DNA of 32,000 nt from Raphidiopsis brookii D9 (GTDB taxonomy: Bacteria > Cyanobacteriota > Cyanobacteriia > Cyanobacteriales > Nostocaceae). Shown piece by piece: positions 22,876 to 32,000 of this stretch. Each line of letters begins with the position of its first letter. Positions within the stretch are counted from its first letter, which is position 1. The DNA is taken from contig ACYB01000035.1 of assembly GCA_000175855.1 (NCBI GenBank), positions 390,001-422,000 on the forward strand. The letters are read 5' to 3'. The notes under the pieces are model-generated. The model worked only from the letters and a program-made list of their open reading frames with translations, made no database searches and was not told the DNA's origin. The position numbers were made by a program, and so were the translations under genes.

Positions 22876-24084
22876 TTAGGCTTCATCCAAAGCTGCAATA
22901 CCAGGTAGAACCGTACCTTCTAATAATTCCAAACTAGCACCGCCACCAGTGGAAATGTGGCTCATTTGGTCAGCTAAACCAACTTTTTCCACAGCAGCTA
23001 CGGAGTCACCACCACCAATAATTGTGGTGGCACCAGTTTTACCAATTTCTGCTAAAGTCTGGGCGATCGCTTCCGTACCTACAGCAAACTTGTCAAATTC
23101 AAACACACCCATAGGTCCGTTCCAGATAACAGTCTTGCAATCTGCCAAAGCATCCTGAAAGAGTTTAACTGACTTAGGTCCAATATCTAACCCCATGCGA
23201 TCATCAGGAATATTTTCAATGGAGACGGTAACAGCATCAGCATCGGGTGCGAATTTATCAGCTGCGACAATATCAGTAGGTAACAACAAAGTCACACCAC
23301 GTTCGGCTGCTTTCTTCTCTAGAGAACTAGCTAGTTCCAACTTGTCTTGTTCCACCAAGGACTTGCCCACATTTAGTCCCCGTGCTTTGTAGAAAGTGAA
23401 AATCATCCCTCCACCAATAATCAACTTATCGCACTTTTCCAACAGAGTTTCAATCACACCAATTTTGCTAGAAACCTTAGACCCACCAATAATAGCTGCC
23501 AAAGGACGTTGGGGAAACTCAATAGCAGCTTGCAGGTATTGTAACTCCTTTTCGACCAAATAACCAGCGACGGAAGGACTTAAATACTTGGTGACACCTT
23601 CAGTAGAAGCATGGGCCCGGTGAGCAGTACCAAACGCATCATTAACATAGAAATCAGCATTGGCGGCTAATTGGCGGGCAAACTCTGGATCATTTTTTTC
23701 CTCTTCTTTATGGAAGCGGACATTTTCTAGTAATAGCACTTGGCCTTGTTCTAAAGCTGCCACCCGAGCGGTGACATCATCACCAATACAGTCATTAGTT
23801 TTGATCACCTCTTGTCCTAAAAGTTCGGAAAGACGCTTGGCAACGGGAGTGAGACGAAACTTCTCATCCACACCCTTGGGGCGGCCAAAATGACTGGCTA
23901 AAATCACCTTAGCTCCCTTGCTGATTAAATCTTGAATGGTGGGGAGGGCGGCCCGAATGCGAGTGTCGTCGGTAATATTCCCTTGATCATCCACAGGTAC
24001 GTTAAAATCAACTCGTACCAAGGCACGTTTGTCAGAAATATCAGCAGCAGATAAACTTGCTAAACTTTTTTTTGACATAGCCAA
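22876..24084 (-). CDS. pgk: Phosphoglycerate kinase
   Basis: [51 protein letters not shown] motifs. Start is likely MSKKSLASL, two codons in. Confidence 0.97.
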   Translation of the reverse strand: MAMSKKSLASLSAADISDKRALVRVDFNVPVDDQGNITDDTRIRAALPTIQDLISKGAKVILASHFGRPKGVDEKFRLTPVAKRLSELLGQEVIKTNDCIGDDVTARVAALEQGQVLLLENVRFHKEEEKNDPEFARQLAANADFYVNDAFGTAHRAHASTEGVTKYLSPSVAGYLVEKELQYLQAAIEFPQRPLAAIIGGSKVSSKIGVIETLLEKCDKLIIGGGMIFTFYKARGLNVGKSLVEQDKLELASSLEKKAAERGVTLLLPTDIVAADKFAPDADAVTVSIENIPDDRMGLDIGPKSVKLFQDALADCKTVIWNGPMGVFEFDKFAVGTEAIAQTLAEIGKTGATTIIGGGDSVAAVEKVGLADQMSHISTGGGASLELLEGTVLPGIAALDEA

Positions 24085-24166
24085 ACTCTCCTGATTCTGT
24101 TTTTGTTATTGTTTTGAAAGTATCACAATCTAGATTTTACCGGACTAAGGGGTATGGAGATAACTT

Positions 24167-24574
24167 ATGTTTAAAACTGTTCTATTTCCCATTGATGGCA
24201 GTCGAGAAGCGCGAGAAGCTGTGGACATAGTTGTAAATCTTGTCCAGCAGTATAATAGCCGCCTAGTAATTCTATCAGTAGTGGAACAAGTATCATCGGA
24301 GGAAACAAACGACACAGCAATGTCATCTCCAGAGTTGGTTGCCCGAATTTTACAGGAGGCCCAGAGTTTATTTTTTAACCATGGCATTAATTCAGAAGTG
24401 TTAGAAAAGCAGGGGAAAGCAGCTTTTACAATTTGTGATGTAGCAGATGAAGTAGGAGCAAATTTGATTGTAATGGGTTGTCGAGGTTTAGGTCTTACCC
24501 AAGAAGGTGCCCATGACAGTGTGACCACAAGAGTCATTAACCTCTCACCCTGTCCAGTTCTCGTTATCCCCTAG
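24167..24574 (+). CDS. Universal stress protein (UspA family)
   Basis: ILFPIDGSREAREAVD and GCRGLGLTQEGAHDSVTTRVINLSPCPVLVIP nucleotide-binding signature. Confidence 0.88.
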   Translation: MFKTVLFPIDGSREAREAVDIVVNLVQQYNSRLVILSVVEQVSSEETNDTAMSSPELVARILQEAQSLFFNHGINSEVLEKQGKAAFTICDVADEVGANLIVMGCRGLGLTQEGAHDSVTTRVINLSPCPVLVIP

Positions 24575-24688
24575 GAAATTGTAGATTTTGGATTTTTACC
24601 CCTCATGAAGTCTTCTCCCATTCTTGTAGGTTAAGATGGAAGAAACTTCAAGCTATCACATACATTCGCTCAGTTGAATACAAGTAAA

Positions 24689-25012
24689 ATGGGATTCTTT
24701 GACTCTGAGATAGTGCAACAAGAGGCCAAGCAGCTATTTGAAGATTATCAGGCACTAATTCAGCTTGGTAATAACTACGGCAAGTTTGACCGTGAAGGCA
24801 AAAAGCTGTTTATTGAACAAATGGAAAACATGATGGACCGTTACCGCATCTTTATGAAGCGGTTCGAGTTATCAGAGGATTTCATGGCACAAATGACAGT
24901 AGAACAACTAAAAACCCAGCTCAATCAATTTGGTGTGACCCCACAGCAAATGTTTGAGCAAATGCATCTGACTCTGGAGCGCATGAAAACCGAGCTAGAA
25001 AAACAGGTGTAG
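24689..25012 (+). CDS. DUF1825-like conserved cyanobacterial protein
   Basis: MGFFDSEIVQQEAKQLFEDYQALIQLGNNYGKFDREGKKLFIEQMENMMDRYRIFMKRFELSEDF. Start chosen at MGFFDSE rather than the 24674 start. Confidence 0.8.
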   Translation: MGFFDSEIVQQEAKQLFEDYQALIQLGNNYGKFDREGKKLFIEQMENMMDRYRIFMKRFELSEDFMAQMTVEQLKTQLNQFGVTPQQMFEQMHLTLERMKTELEKQV

Positions 25013-25037
25013 ATTTGTCAATAGTTGACAATTACTC

Positions 25038-26960
25038 CTAATTTGACTTGGGACGGGGAAACTGGGAAGGTGATTTAAAATTCTCCACTGGCACGTTTTC
25101 TAGGGCTTGCACCATAAAATCACGCCAGATAGGGGCAACCATTCCACCACCAGTCGCACCACTGGACAATTGCAGGTTATCATCCCTTCCCACCCACACG
25201 GCCGTTGTCAGTTGTGGCACCGTACCTACATACCAAATGTCTTTTTCTGAGGATGTTGTTCCTGTTTTCCCTGCTGATGGCCTATCCAATGCTGCTCCTT
25301 TACCTGTACCGCTGGTTACTACTGACCGCATAATGTCTATGGTAGCCGCTGATGCCCAAGAATCCAGAACTCTCTGAGGCTTAGGTGTGTTATCTAATAT
25401 AACATTACCGCTACTATCAGTAATACGCACTATTACTGTGGCTGGTGACTGCCACCCATAATTAGCAAAGGTGGCGTAGGCACTAGCTATTTCTAGTGGT
25501 GTAACCCCAATGGCACCAAGAGGTAGTGATGTTACTGGTTCCATAGGACTCTTAATACCCAAAATCTGACAGGTCTCCACGACTTTATTCATGCCTATGC
25601 TTTTGCCAAGTTTAATTACAGGAATGTTACGGGACTGGGCCAAGGCAGTGCGAATAGACATTAAACCACTAAAGCCACCATCATAGTTTCTTGGATAGTA
25701 CCAACCATTCCCATCCCGATAACTAACAGGAGCATCCAATATAGTGCTATCCGGTGTATACTTACCTGTAGCAAAGGCGGCATAGTAAACAAAAGGTTTA
25801 AAAGAAGAACCAGGTTGTCTTTGAGATTGAGTTGCGCGATTAAACTCACTTGCTTTTGCATCTACACCGCCAACTAAAGCTTTGACAAAGTGTGTGCGTG
25901 GATCTATAGCAACTAAAGCAATTTGGTTTTTCCGCAGTCCCTTGCCAAGCAAATCTTGGTGCCATCTACTTACAGTGGATTCTGCCATGATTTGGAACTT
26001 AGCATCAACGGTGGTTTGCACACGCATACCCCCTTTAAGCAGTGCATCTCGACCGAACCTTTTGACCAATTCCTGGGCCACAGTGTTGCTAATATAGGGT
26101 AGAGCGCTACCTTGAAAAGACCTAATTCGACCTAATGTAATTTTTTCATTAATTGCTTGGTCATATTCTTTAGAGGTAATCCAATCCAGTTCACGCATTC
26201 TACCCAAAACTTCTCTTTGTTTTTGTTTAGCCTTTTTCATGCTTACAAAAGGACTAAATTCTTCTGGAGCTTGAATTAAGCCAGCCATCATTGCTGACTC
26301 ACCCAGAGTTAAAAATTCTGCGGATTTGTTAAAATAGGTACGAGCTGCTGTTTGGGCACCATAATTATTATGACCCCAATAGACCTGATTGAGGTACATT
26401 TCCAAAATTTCATTTTTCCCTAGAATTTGTTCTAGACGAATGGCTAAGACCGCTTCAGCTATCTTACGGGTAAATGCTCGTTTATGGGACAAAAACAGGT
26501 TTTTGACCAACTGCATGGTGATGGTAGAGCCACCCTCTTTTACTCCACCAGCTACTAAGTTAACTACCAGGGCCCTTCCCACACCGGAGGGATTTATTCC
26601 ATGGTGACTATAAAAGTGACCATCTTCACTAGCAAGTACCGCACGTTTAAGATTAGGGGAAATCCTGTCCAGGGCGACAACTTGACGGTTAGCTTCACCA
26701 TGAATACTGGCTAAAAGCTTACCCTTAATATCATATATGAAGGTAGTTTCTGTAGGAGAGAAACTGCGTAACTGTCTAACATCTGGTAAATTGCGGAAAC
26801 TAATAGCCAATCCCACCAGGGATCCGGCTATAATAGAGCTGGATAGCAAAGTGACGGATAGTAGGGTTGCACCAGCTACTTGACCTACTCCTTTAAAAAA
26901 TTCAAAGCCAGGTGAAACTTGCCCTTGGGAGTTTTTGTTGGTAAAACTTCTAGAAGACAC
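25038..26960 (-). CDS. Class A penicillin-binding protein (PBP1A-type)
   Basis: Transglycosylase EDGHFYSHHGINPSGVGRAL; transpeptidase RQPGSSFKPFVY, SRN, KTGTT motifs. Confidence 0.94.
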   Translation of the reverse strand: MSSRSFTNKNSQGQVSPGFEFFKGVGQVAGATLLSVTLLSSSIIAGSLVGLAISFRNLPDVRQLRSFSPTETTFIYDIKGKLLASIHGEANRQVVALDRISPNLKRAVLASEDGHFYSHHGINPSGVGRALVVNLVAGGVKEGGSTITMQLVKNLFLSHKRAFTRKIAEAVLAIRLEQILGKNEILEMYLNQVYWGHNNYGAQTAARTYFNKSAEFLTLGESAMMAGLIQAPEEFSPFVSMKKAKQKQREVLGRMRELDWITSKEYDQAINEKITLGRIRSFQGSALPYISNTVAQELVKRFGRDALLKGGMRVQTTVDAKFQIMAESTVSRWHQDLLGKGLRKNQIALVAIDPRTHFVKALVGGVDAKASEFNRATQSQRQPGSSFKPFVYYAAFATGKYTPDSTILDAPVSYRDGNGWYYPRNYDGGFSGLMSIRTALAQSRNIPVIKLGKSIGMNKVVETCQILGIKSPMEPVTSLPLGAIGVTPLEIASAYATFANYGWQSPATVIVRITDSSGNVILDNTPKPQRVLDSWASAATIDIMRSVVTSGTGKGAALDRPSAGKTGTTSSEKDIWYVGTVPQLTTAVWVGRDDNLQLSSGATGGGMVAPIWRDFMVQALENVPVENFKSPSQFPRPKSN

Positions 26961-27201
26961 GGCGATTTTAATTCCTCACTAATAAATTTAAATGTAATTG
27001 ATGGAATGGGAAAAAGAGGTTAATTTTTTGCAATTATAGTAGTTTGGCACGATAGAAAATGACTGATTTGCCAGTAGATACCAATCTATGACAGTTCCAG
27101 AACGCCTATCCAGTGTTGATTAGACTTTGTTTATGGTGTTCTGGCTAAAGCTATAATTAATTTCTAGGGTGCTGTGGTCAATAGAAAACAGAATGTGTTA
27201 T

Positions 27202-28398
27202 ATGGTTAAAGATTTCTCCTGGTTGTATCGTGGTGTGGCGGAAATTTTTCCCCAATCCCATGATACTGATAGTGAAACTGAAAGTTTGGAAAAGCGTTTA
27301 TTAAATGCTGACCATCCTTTGCGAATTAAATTAGGTATTGATCCTACCGGTGCGGATATTCATCTAGGTCATAGTATACCAGTCAGAAAATTACGGGCTT
27401 TTCAAGATGCTGGTCATACTGCGGTTTTGATTATCGGTGATTTTACCGCTAGAATTGGCGACCCAACAGGTAAGTCAGATGTGCGTCGTCAACTGACAGA
27501 AGAGGATGTGTCCCAAAATGCCCAAACCTATCTTGAACAGGTAAGACCAATTTTAGACTTTGACACACCTGGGAGATTAGAGGTACATTATAATTCTCAA
27601 TGGCTTTCCGGTTTAGATTTAGCCAAAATCTTAGAGTTGCTTTCGACCATGACAGTGGGTCAGATGTTGGCTAAGGAAGGTTTTGCCGAACGTTATAAAA
27701 AAGAGAATCCTATTTTCCTTCATGAGTTCCTCTATCCTTTAATGCAGGGTTTTGATTCGGTGGCTATTAGATCTGATGTGGAATTGGGCGGTACTGATCA
27801 GAAGTTTAACATTGCAGTAGGTCGAGATTTACAACGGCATTTTGGTTTACGTCCTCAGTTTGGTTTACTATTGCCCATTTTAATTGGAACTGATGGTATT
27901 CAGAAAATGTCCAAGTCTCTGGGTAATTATGTGGGGTTGTCGGAACATCCCTCCCAAAAGTACCAGAAACTGCAAGGTGTTCCGGATCATTTGCTGACTC
28001 AGTATTTTGAATTACTCACGGATTTACCTTTAGATACTTTGCCAGATAATCCACGAGACCGCCAACAGTTCTTAGCTTGGGAAATTGTCCGCCAATATCA
28101 TGGTGAAATCCAGGCTAATCAGGCTCAGGAGGCGGCAAAAAGTAAGGGGAAGGAAGGTGTATTACCGGAGTTTTCTTTGGCTAATATAACTCAATTCCCT
28201 ACCAAATTAGCTCATATCCTCTCGGCTTCCGGTTTGTGCAAAAGCACAGGGGAAGGTAAAAGAAAAATTCAAGAAGGTGGTGTGCGCTTAGATGGTGAAA
28301 AGATTGCCGATATGGATTTGACCTTTTTTGGTCCGGGAGATTTATCTGGTAAAGTTTTACAAGTAGGTAAAAAGAACTTTGTTCGTATTGTTCCATAG
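27202..28398 (+). CDS. tyrS: Tyrosyl-tRNA synthetase
   Basis: HLGHS and KMSKS class I motifs, C-terminal S4-like domain. Start chosen at [11 protein letters not shown] (27202), given a TATAAT at 27152. Confidence 0.95.
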   Translation: MVKDFSWLYRGVAEIFPQSHDTDSETESLEKRLLNADHPLRIKLGIDPTGADIHLGHSIPVRKLRAFQDAGHTAVLIIGDFTARIGDPTGKSDVRRQLTEEDVSQNAQTYLEQVRPILDFDTPGRLEVHYNSQWLSGLDLAKILELLSTMTVGQMLAKEGFAERYKKENPIFLHEFLYPLMQGFDSVAIRSDVELGGTDQKFNIAVGRDLQRHFGLRPQFGLLLPILIGTDGIQKMSKSLGNYVGLSEHPSQKYQKLQGVPDHLLTQYFELLTDLPLDTLPDNPRDRQQFLAWEIVRQYHGEIQANQAQEAAKSKGKEGVLPEFSLANITQFPTKLAHILSASGLCKSTGEGKRKIQEGGVRLDGEKIADMDLTFFGPGDLSGKVLQVGKKNFVRIVP

Positions 28399-28419
28399 TT
28401 ATCCCCATAAATCACAAAA

Positions 28420-29142
28420 ATGTCCATGATTGCCAGTGAACGGATTATTGTTCCCTTAGATGTGCCAACTTTAGACCAGGCGATCGCATTAATAGAATTG
28501 CTACCAGATGTGTCCTTTTGGAAGGTTGGTTTAGAATTATTTACCAGCGTTGGTCCGAGGATTCTGGATGTTTTAAAATCGCGCCAGAAGCGAGTTTTCC
28601 TGGATTTAAAGTTTCACGACATTCCTAACACAGTAGGGAGTGCTTGTCGTGTTGCTGGTACTTATGGGGTGGATTTGTTGACAATTCACGCAACTTGTGG
28701 TAGGGATTGTCTTAGGGGGGCGATGGACGCATTGTTACAAGGAGCAGTAACTGGCGGTACTGCACCACCAAAATTAATTGCCATTACCTTGTTGACTAGC
28801 ATTTCAGCACGAGATTTAGCTTTTGACTTAAAAATTCCCTTGGAATTGCCCGAATTCGCATTACAAATGGCACTCCTGGCTGAAAATGCTGGTTTAGATG
28901 GGGTAGTTTGTTCTCCCCAAGAGGTAGCACAACTGCGGGAAAGTTGTCGACCAGATTTTTTGTTGGTTTGTCCGGGAGTGCGTCCAGTGTGGGCCAATAA
29001 GGATGACCAAAAACGTTCTTTGTCTCCTGTGCAAGCTTTACAATCTGGTGCTGATTATTTAGTCATTGGCAGACCCATCACTGCTGCTGTTGATCCGTTG
29101 AGCGCCTGGGAAAAGATATGTGAGGAACTAGATGATTTGTAA
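28420..29142 (+). CDS. pyrF: Orotidine 5'-phosphate decarboxylase
   Basis: [15 protein letters not shown] active-site signature and VIGRPIT phosphate-binding motif. Confidence 0.96.
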   Translation: MSMIASERIIVPLDVPTLDQAIALIELLPDVSFWKVGLELFTSVGPRILDVLKSRQKRVFLDLKFHDIPNTVGSACRVAGTYGVDLLTIHATCGRDCLRGAMDALLQGAVTGGTAPPKLIAITLLTSISARDLAFDLKIPLELPEFALQMALLAENAGLDGVVCSPQEVAQLRESCRPDFLLVCPGVRPVWANKDDQKRSLSPVQALQSGADYLVIGRPITAAVDPLSAWEKICEELDDL

Positions 29143-29145
29143 TTA

Positions 29146-29748
29146 TTGGGAAGGTATCTGATTGTGAATAGACTATTTCTCCTACCTTATTCCTTTTATT
29201 ACTGCCTATTTGTTTTTTTACCTCCTACTTACGCTAAAAATACTGCCTATGAACCCATAAACTACTCATCCAAAACCAAATTTGCCACTTCTTGTTCTCA
29301 ACAGAATTGGGAAAATTTAACTACTCAGTTAATGCTTGATTTACCTAGTTATACCAATCGAGTGACCCAACGTTCTCGTCGTCTTGGTCTGAGTGTTGAT
29401 CTTTATCCCTATGTTATAGTAGCGGGTAGATCTGAGTTTAAATCTTTACCTTTAAGTCCTAATATTAATACGGATTCTGATTATGTATCGAAAGGTGTGG
29501 AACAGCTATTCTTTACCACATTAGAACGACAATATAGCAGGCAAAAATCAATGGAGTTACAACAGTTCCACTGGTTATTTGTGACCAAAACTCCATCAGG
29601 TTGGCGAGTGGTAATGATGTTTAGCCAAGCAGGTGACTATCCATTAAAATCAGTTATATCCCCACCTAGAAATAGTAGTGATGGAGCTATTGCGCAAGCT
29701 GTTAAATTGTGGTTACGAGACTGTCAAGCAGGAAGTTTAAGAAGTTGA
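29146..29748 (+). CDS. Hypothetical, probably exported protein
   Basis: 200 aa ORF directly after pyrF with N-terminal hydrophobic signal-like segment (LFLLPYSFYYCLFVFLPPTYA). Confidence 0.65.
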   Translation: MGRYLIVNRLFLLPYSFYYCLFVFLPPTYAKNTAYEPINYSSKTKFATSCSQQNWENLTTQLMLDLPSYTNRVTQRSRRLGLSVDLYPYVIVAGRSEFKSLPLSPNINTDSDYVSKGVEQLFFTTLERQYSRQKSMELQQFHWLFVTKTPSGWRVVMMFSQAGDYPLKSVISPPRNSSDGAIAQAVKLWLRDCQAGSLRS

Positions 29749-29832
29749 TATATTGTTAATATATTTTGCGTATTTTGCGATCGCCCAAAAATCGTGAACT
29801 AAGGACAGAACTTAGCTAGTTTTAGTTTTTTT

Positions 29833-30177
29833 ATGAGTAATCAAGAACGGATGGATAACATGGAAAACCAACTGATTGATATTAGACTAGCAGTGAGCGC
29901 ACTTCTAGAAACATCTGTTATATATCAGCGTAATTTTGAAGTGATGCAGCGTAACTTTGACAGTGTGGTTATAGAAATTAGAGAAATGCAATCAGAAATT
30001 AGGGAAATGCGATCAGACATTAGGGAAATGCAATCAGAAATTAGGGAAATGCAATCAGAAATTAGGGAGATACAATCAGAAGTAAGAGAAATACAACTGG
30101 ATGTGAGGGGTTTACAAACTGAAAATCGCCGCATTTTAGATGTTCTGCAAAATGTTCCACCAGATAAATATGAGTAA
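29833..30177 (+). CDS. Coiled-coil hypothetical protein with tandem heptads
   Basis: 114 aa ORF with IREMQSE-type heptads; ATG with plausible context. Confidence 0.65.
   Translation: MSNQERMDNMENQLIDIRLAVSALLETSVIYQRNFEVMQRNFDSVVIEIREMQSEIREMRSDIREMQSEIREMQSEIREIQSEVREIQLDVRGLQTENRRILDVLQNVPPDKYE
29974..30099 (+). repeat. In-frame tandem 21-bp repeat, six units
   Basis: Consensus GAAATTAGGGAAATGCAATCA, units at 29974, 29995, 30016, 30037, 30058, 30079; first five nearly identical, sixth degenerate. Confidence 0.9.
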
Positions 30178-30183
30178 GTGGGC

Positions 30184-31131
30184 TCATAGAAGATGCAAAA
30201 CCGCCTTACCAGCAAAACTTCTGTCCATCAACTTTTGTGCTATGTCGGCAATTTCGTTCCATGACGCTTCTATCTCAATATGGGGGCGTAATTGGGCAGA
30301 TTCCACCAGTTCTAACAACCATCTTAGCCCTATAGCCGCTGGTTCTTGTTTTAATTCATGGAATACTATTAATCCATATATATTCGCACCACCAAGAGCA
30401 TAAAGACTGCCTGCATTAAAAGTTACTTCCCTTCCCCCAGTAGTTCCAAATACGACAGCTGTTCCATTAGTGTCCAGAAAATTGAGAGCTTGACCAAGAA
30501 TATTACCACCTACAGAGTCTACAATTAAGTGATAGGGTCCATATACTTGAGCAGAGGAAATGTCGTCACCAGTAACCACGTGACGAGATCCCGCTTGTTT
30601 GACTACAGATTCATACTTAGATTGTCGTAGATGGGCAACCACTTTTGCTCCGCTCAATCGGGCCAGCTGAATGGCAAAGTTACCAACTCCACCAGATGCA
30701 CCAGTAATTAACACAGGTTTATTTAGTAGAAAACCACCTTTTTTCATGATATGGTAAGCTGTTAAACCTGCTATCGGTAGGGTAGCAGCTTGGGTAAATG
30801 ATACAGAGTGTGGTAATTCGGCCAGAGAATGGGTGGGTACTGGGACTAACTCTCCCCATGCACCACTGGAAACATAACCTACCACCCGTGTTCCCACACC
30901 AGGACCAGAACCATCAGTAGCGGATTTTTCCACAGTACCAGCTAAATCCCAACCAGGACGCCAACCAGGGGTAGCCGTACTAGCACGTCTGAGTTCACCG
31001 CGATTTAATGAAGTTGATGCGACTCTGATCAAAGCTTCATTCCTAGTGGGTGTAGGTACTGGGACTTCTCTTATTGTTAAGCGCCCTGGTATATTAGGGT
31101 CAACTACAATAGCACGCATTCTATCACTCAT
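30184..31131 (-). CDS. Medium-chain (MDR) alcohol dehydrogenase / quinone oxidoreductase-like protein
   Basis: RGELRRASTATPGWRPGWDLAGTVEKS, ITGASGGVGNFAIQLARLSGAKVVA cofactor-binding motif. Confidence 0.88.
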   Translation of the reverse strand: MSDRMRAIVVDPNIPGRLTIREVPVPTPTRNEALIRVASTSLNRGELRRASTATPGWRPGWDLAGTVEKSATDGSGPGVGTRVVGYVSSGAWGELVPVPTHSLAELPHSVSFTQAATLPIAGLTAYHIMKKGGFLLNKPVLITGASGGVGNFAIQLARLSGAKVVAHLRQSKYESVVKQAGSRHVVTGDDISSAQVYGPYHLIVDSVGGNILGQALNFLDTNGTAVVFGTTGGREVTFNAGSLYALGGANIYGLIVFHELKQEPAAIGLRWLLELVESAQLRPHIEIEASWNEIADIAQKLMDRSFAGKAVLHLL

Positions 31132-31175
31132 ACTCTATTATACTATATTATACTATTACTCAAAAATAAGATACA

Positions 31176-32000
31176 TCATTTTTCATTTCTTGCCAATTTA
31201 TTTGGTATTCCTTCACAACCACCAGGTATGGTAGTTCTGGATTTCTCTCCACACCAAGCACAACAATAGTAACGGGTTGATTCTGACATTCTTTGCACAC
31301 CAGTAAAATCCACGTTCTCTACCACTGCTCCCGTATGCTCCCCTGTTTGATAGTTAGGAGGTTCAGTACGACTGCGAGGTGAAGCTTGCTCTGCTGGTCC
31401 ATAAAACAAACGAGTACCATTTAAATCTGCTTGGCTAATATTTGCCTCATATAGTATGGCACGAGATAGGTTAGCCTTGACTAAATCGCAACCACTTAGG
31501 TTAGCATGAACTAAATTCACTTCCGTTAAGTCTGTCCAGCGTAAATCAGTATTTGATAAATCAGAACCCGCTAACATTACTCCTAAATCTATAACCCTGG
31601 TTCCATATAATCTGTCTTCAGCATAACCACCCATACCATCAAGAATGGGTCTACCTAGACGACGGTCACGTTGTAAAGGAGTGAGGAGTTTAGAGCGAGA
31701 CAGAAATCTGAGTATTTTGGCTTTTCCACTAGCATCTACACTACTAAGAATTGCAGAGGTGCGCCCTTCTGCGATCGCTCTTTCTTGGGGCCAATCTTCT
31801 AATAGTCCTTCCTCATCTAAGACTAAGTCAGAAATTCCTTGAAAGTAGGAATCTATGGTTTGTTGTTGGGTAATAATATTTTGCTGAACGGTCAGTAAAT
31901 TTTGTTGAATAGTTAGATCTTTGGAAATTATATATTGTCTCCAGGCCACGTAAACGGCAATTATGGCTATAAAAATTTGACCCAAAGCTCCAAACCAATC
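31176..32000 (-). CDS. Pentapeptide-repeat protein with N-terminal TM segment and C-terminal cysteine cluster (likely truncated by window edge)
   Basis: SDLSNTDLRWTDLTEVNLVHANLSGCDLVKANLSRAILYEANISQADLNGTRL. The frame stays open to 32000 (DWFGALGQIF...), so the listed 31985 TTG start is probably not the real start. Confidence 0.8.
   Translation of the reverse strand, partial: DWFGALGQIFIAIIAVYVAWRQYIISKDLTIQQNLLTVQQNIITQQQTIDSYFQGISDLVLDEEGLLEDWPQERAIAEGRTSAILSSVDASGKAKILRFLSRSKLLTPLQRDRRLGRPILDGMGGYAEDRLYGTRVIDLGVMLAGSDLSNTDLRWTDLTEVNLVHANLSGCDLVKANLSRAILYEANISQADLNGTRLFYGPAEQASPRSRTEPPNYQTGEHTGAVVENVDFTGVQRMSESTRYYCCAWCGEKSRTTIPGGCEGIPNKLARNEK

Noticed and set aside
22949-23893. Three antisense ORFs in pgk
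   Set aside because: Shadow ORFs of a highly conserved gene.
24145-24537. 130 aa minus-strand ORF overlapping the USP gene
   Set aside because: Antisense to a clear UspA-family gene; the composition looks non-biological.
29925-30215. 96 aa minus-strand ORF with DCISLIS repeats
   Set aside because: Complement of the 21-bp heptad repeat; the plus-strand coiled coil is the more plausible product.

Overview
This is cyanobacterial chromosomal sequence. HetZ and PatU3-like genes plus recurrent HIP1 octamers (GCGATCGC) suggest a heterocystous lineage (Nostocales). Most of it is ordinary housekeeping: dnaK, a bifunctional NMN adenylyltransferase/Nudix gene plus nadV, an M15 peptidase, rnc, rnpB, corA, a CIRCE-controlled groEL, a WecA/TagO-like transferase, fabG, a solanesyl-type prenyl diphosphate synthase, hetZ-patU3, pgk, a USP, a DUF1825-like gene, a class A PBP, tyrS, pyrF, a quinone oxidoreductase-like gene and a pentapeptide-repeat protein. 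The least ordinary part is the left end: a radical-SAM KamA-type aminomutase next to a D-Ala-D-Ala-ligase-like ATP-grasp gene that runs off the edge, preceded by an AIPR-family (abortive-infection type) protein with an apparent PD-(D/E)XK-like N-terminal motif and a small membrane-anchored protein. Other points: a pair of apparently compensating homopolymer indels in groEL, a two-block sequence shared by two divergent intergenic regions, an rnpB-rnc linkage with a putative rnpB promoter inside the upstream gene's 3' end, an NAD-salvage pair like phage NAD-reconstitution genes, and hetZ-patU3 without an evident patU5. I do not see a clear-cut new multi-gene system; the AIPR and KamA/ATP-grasp neighbourhoods are the best candidates.
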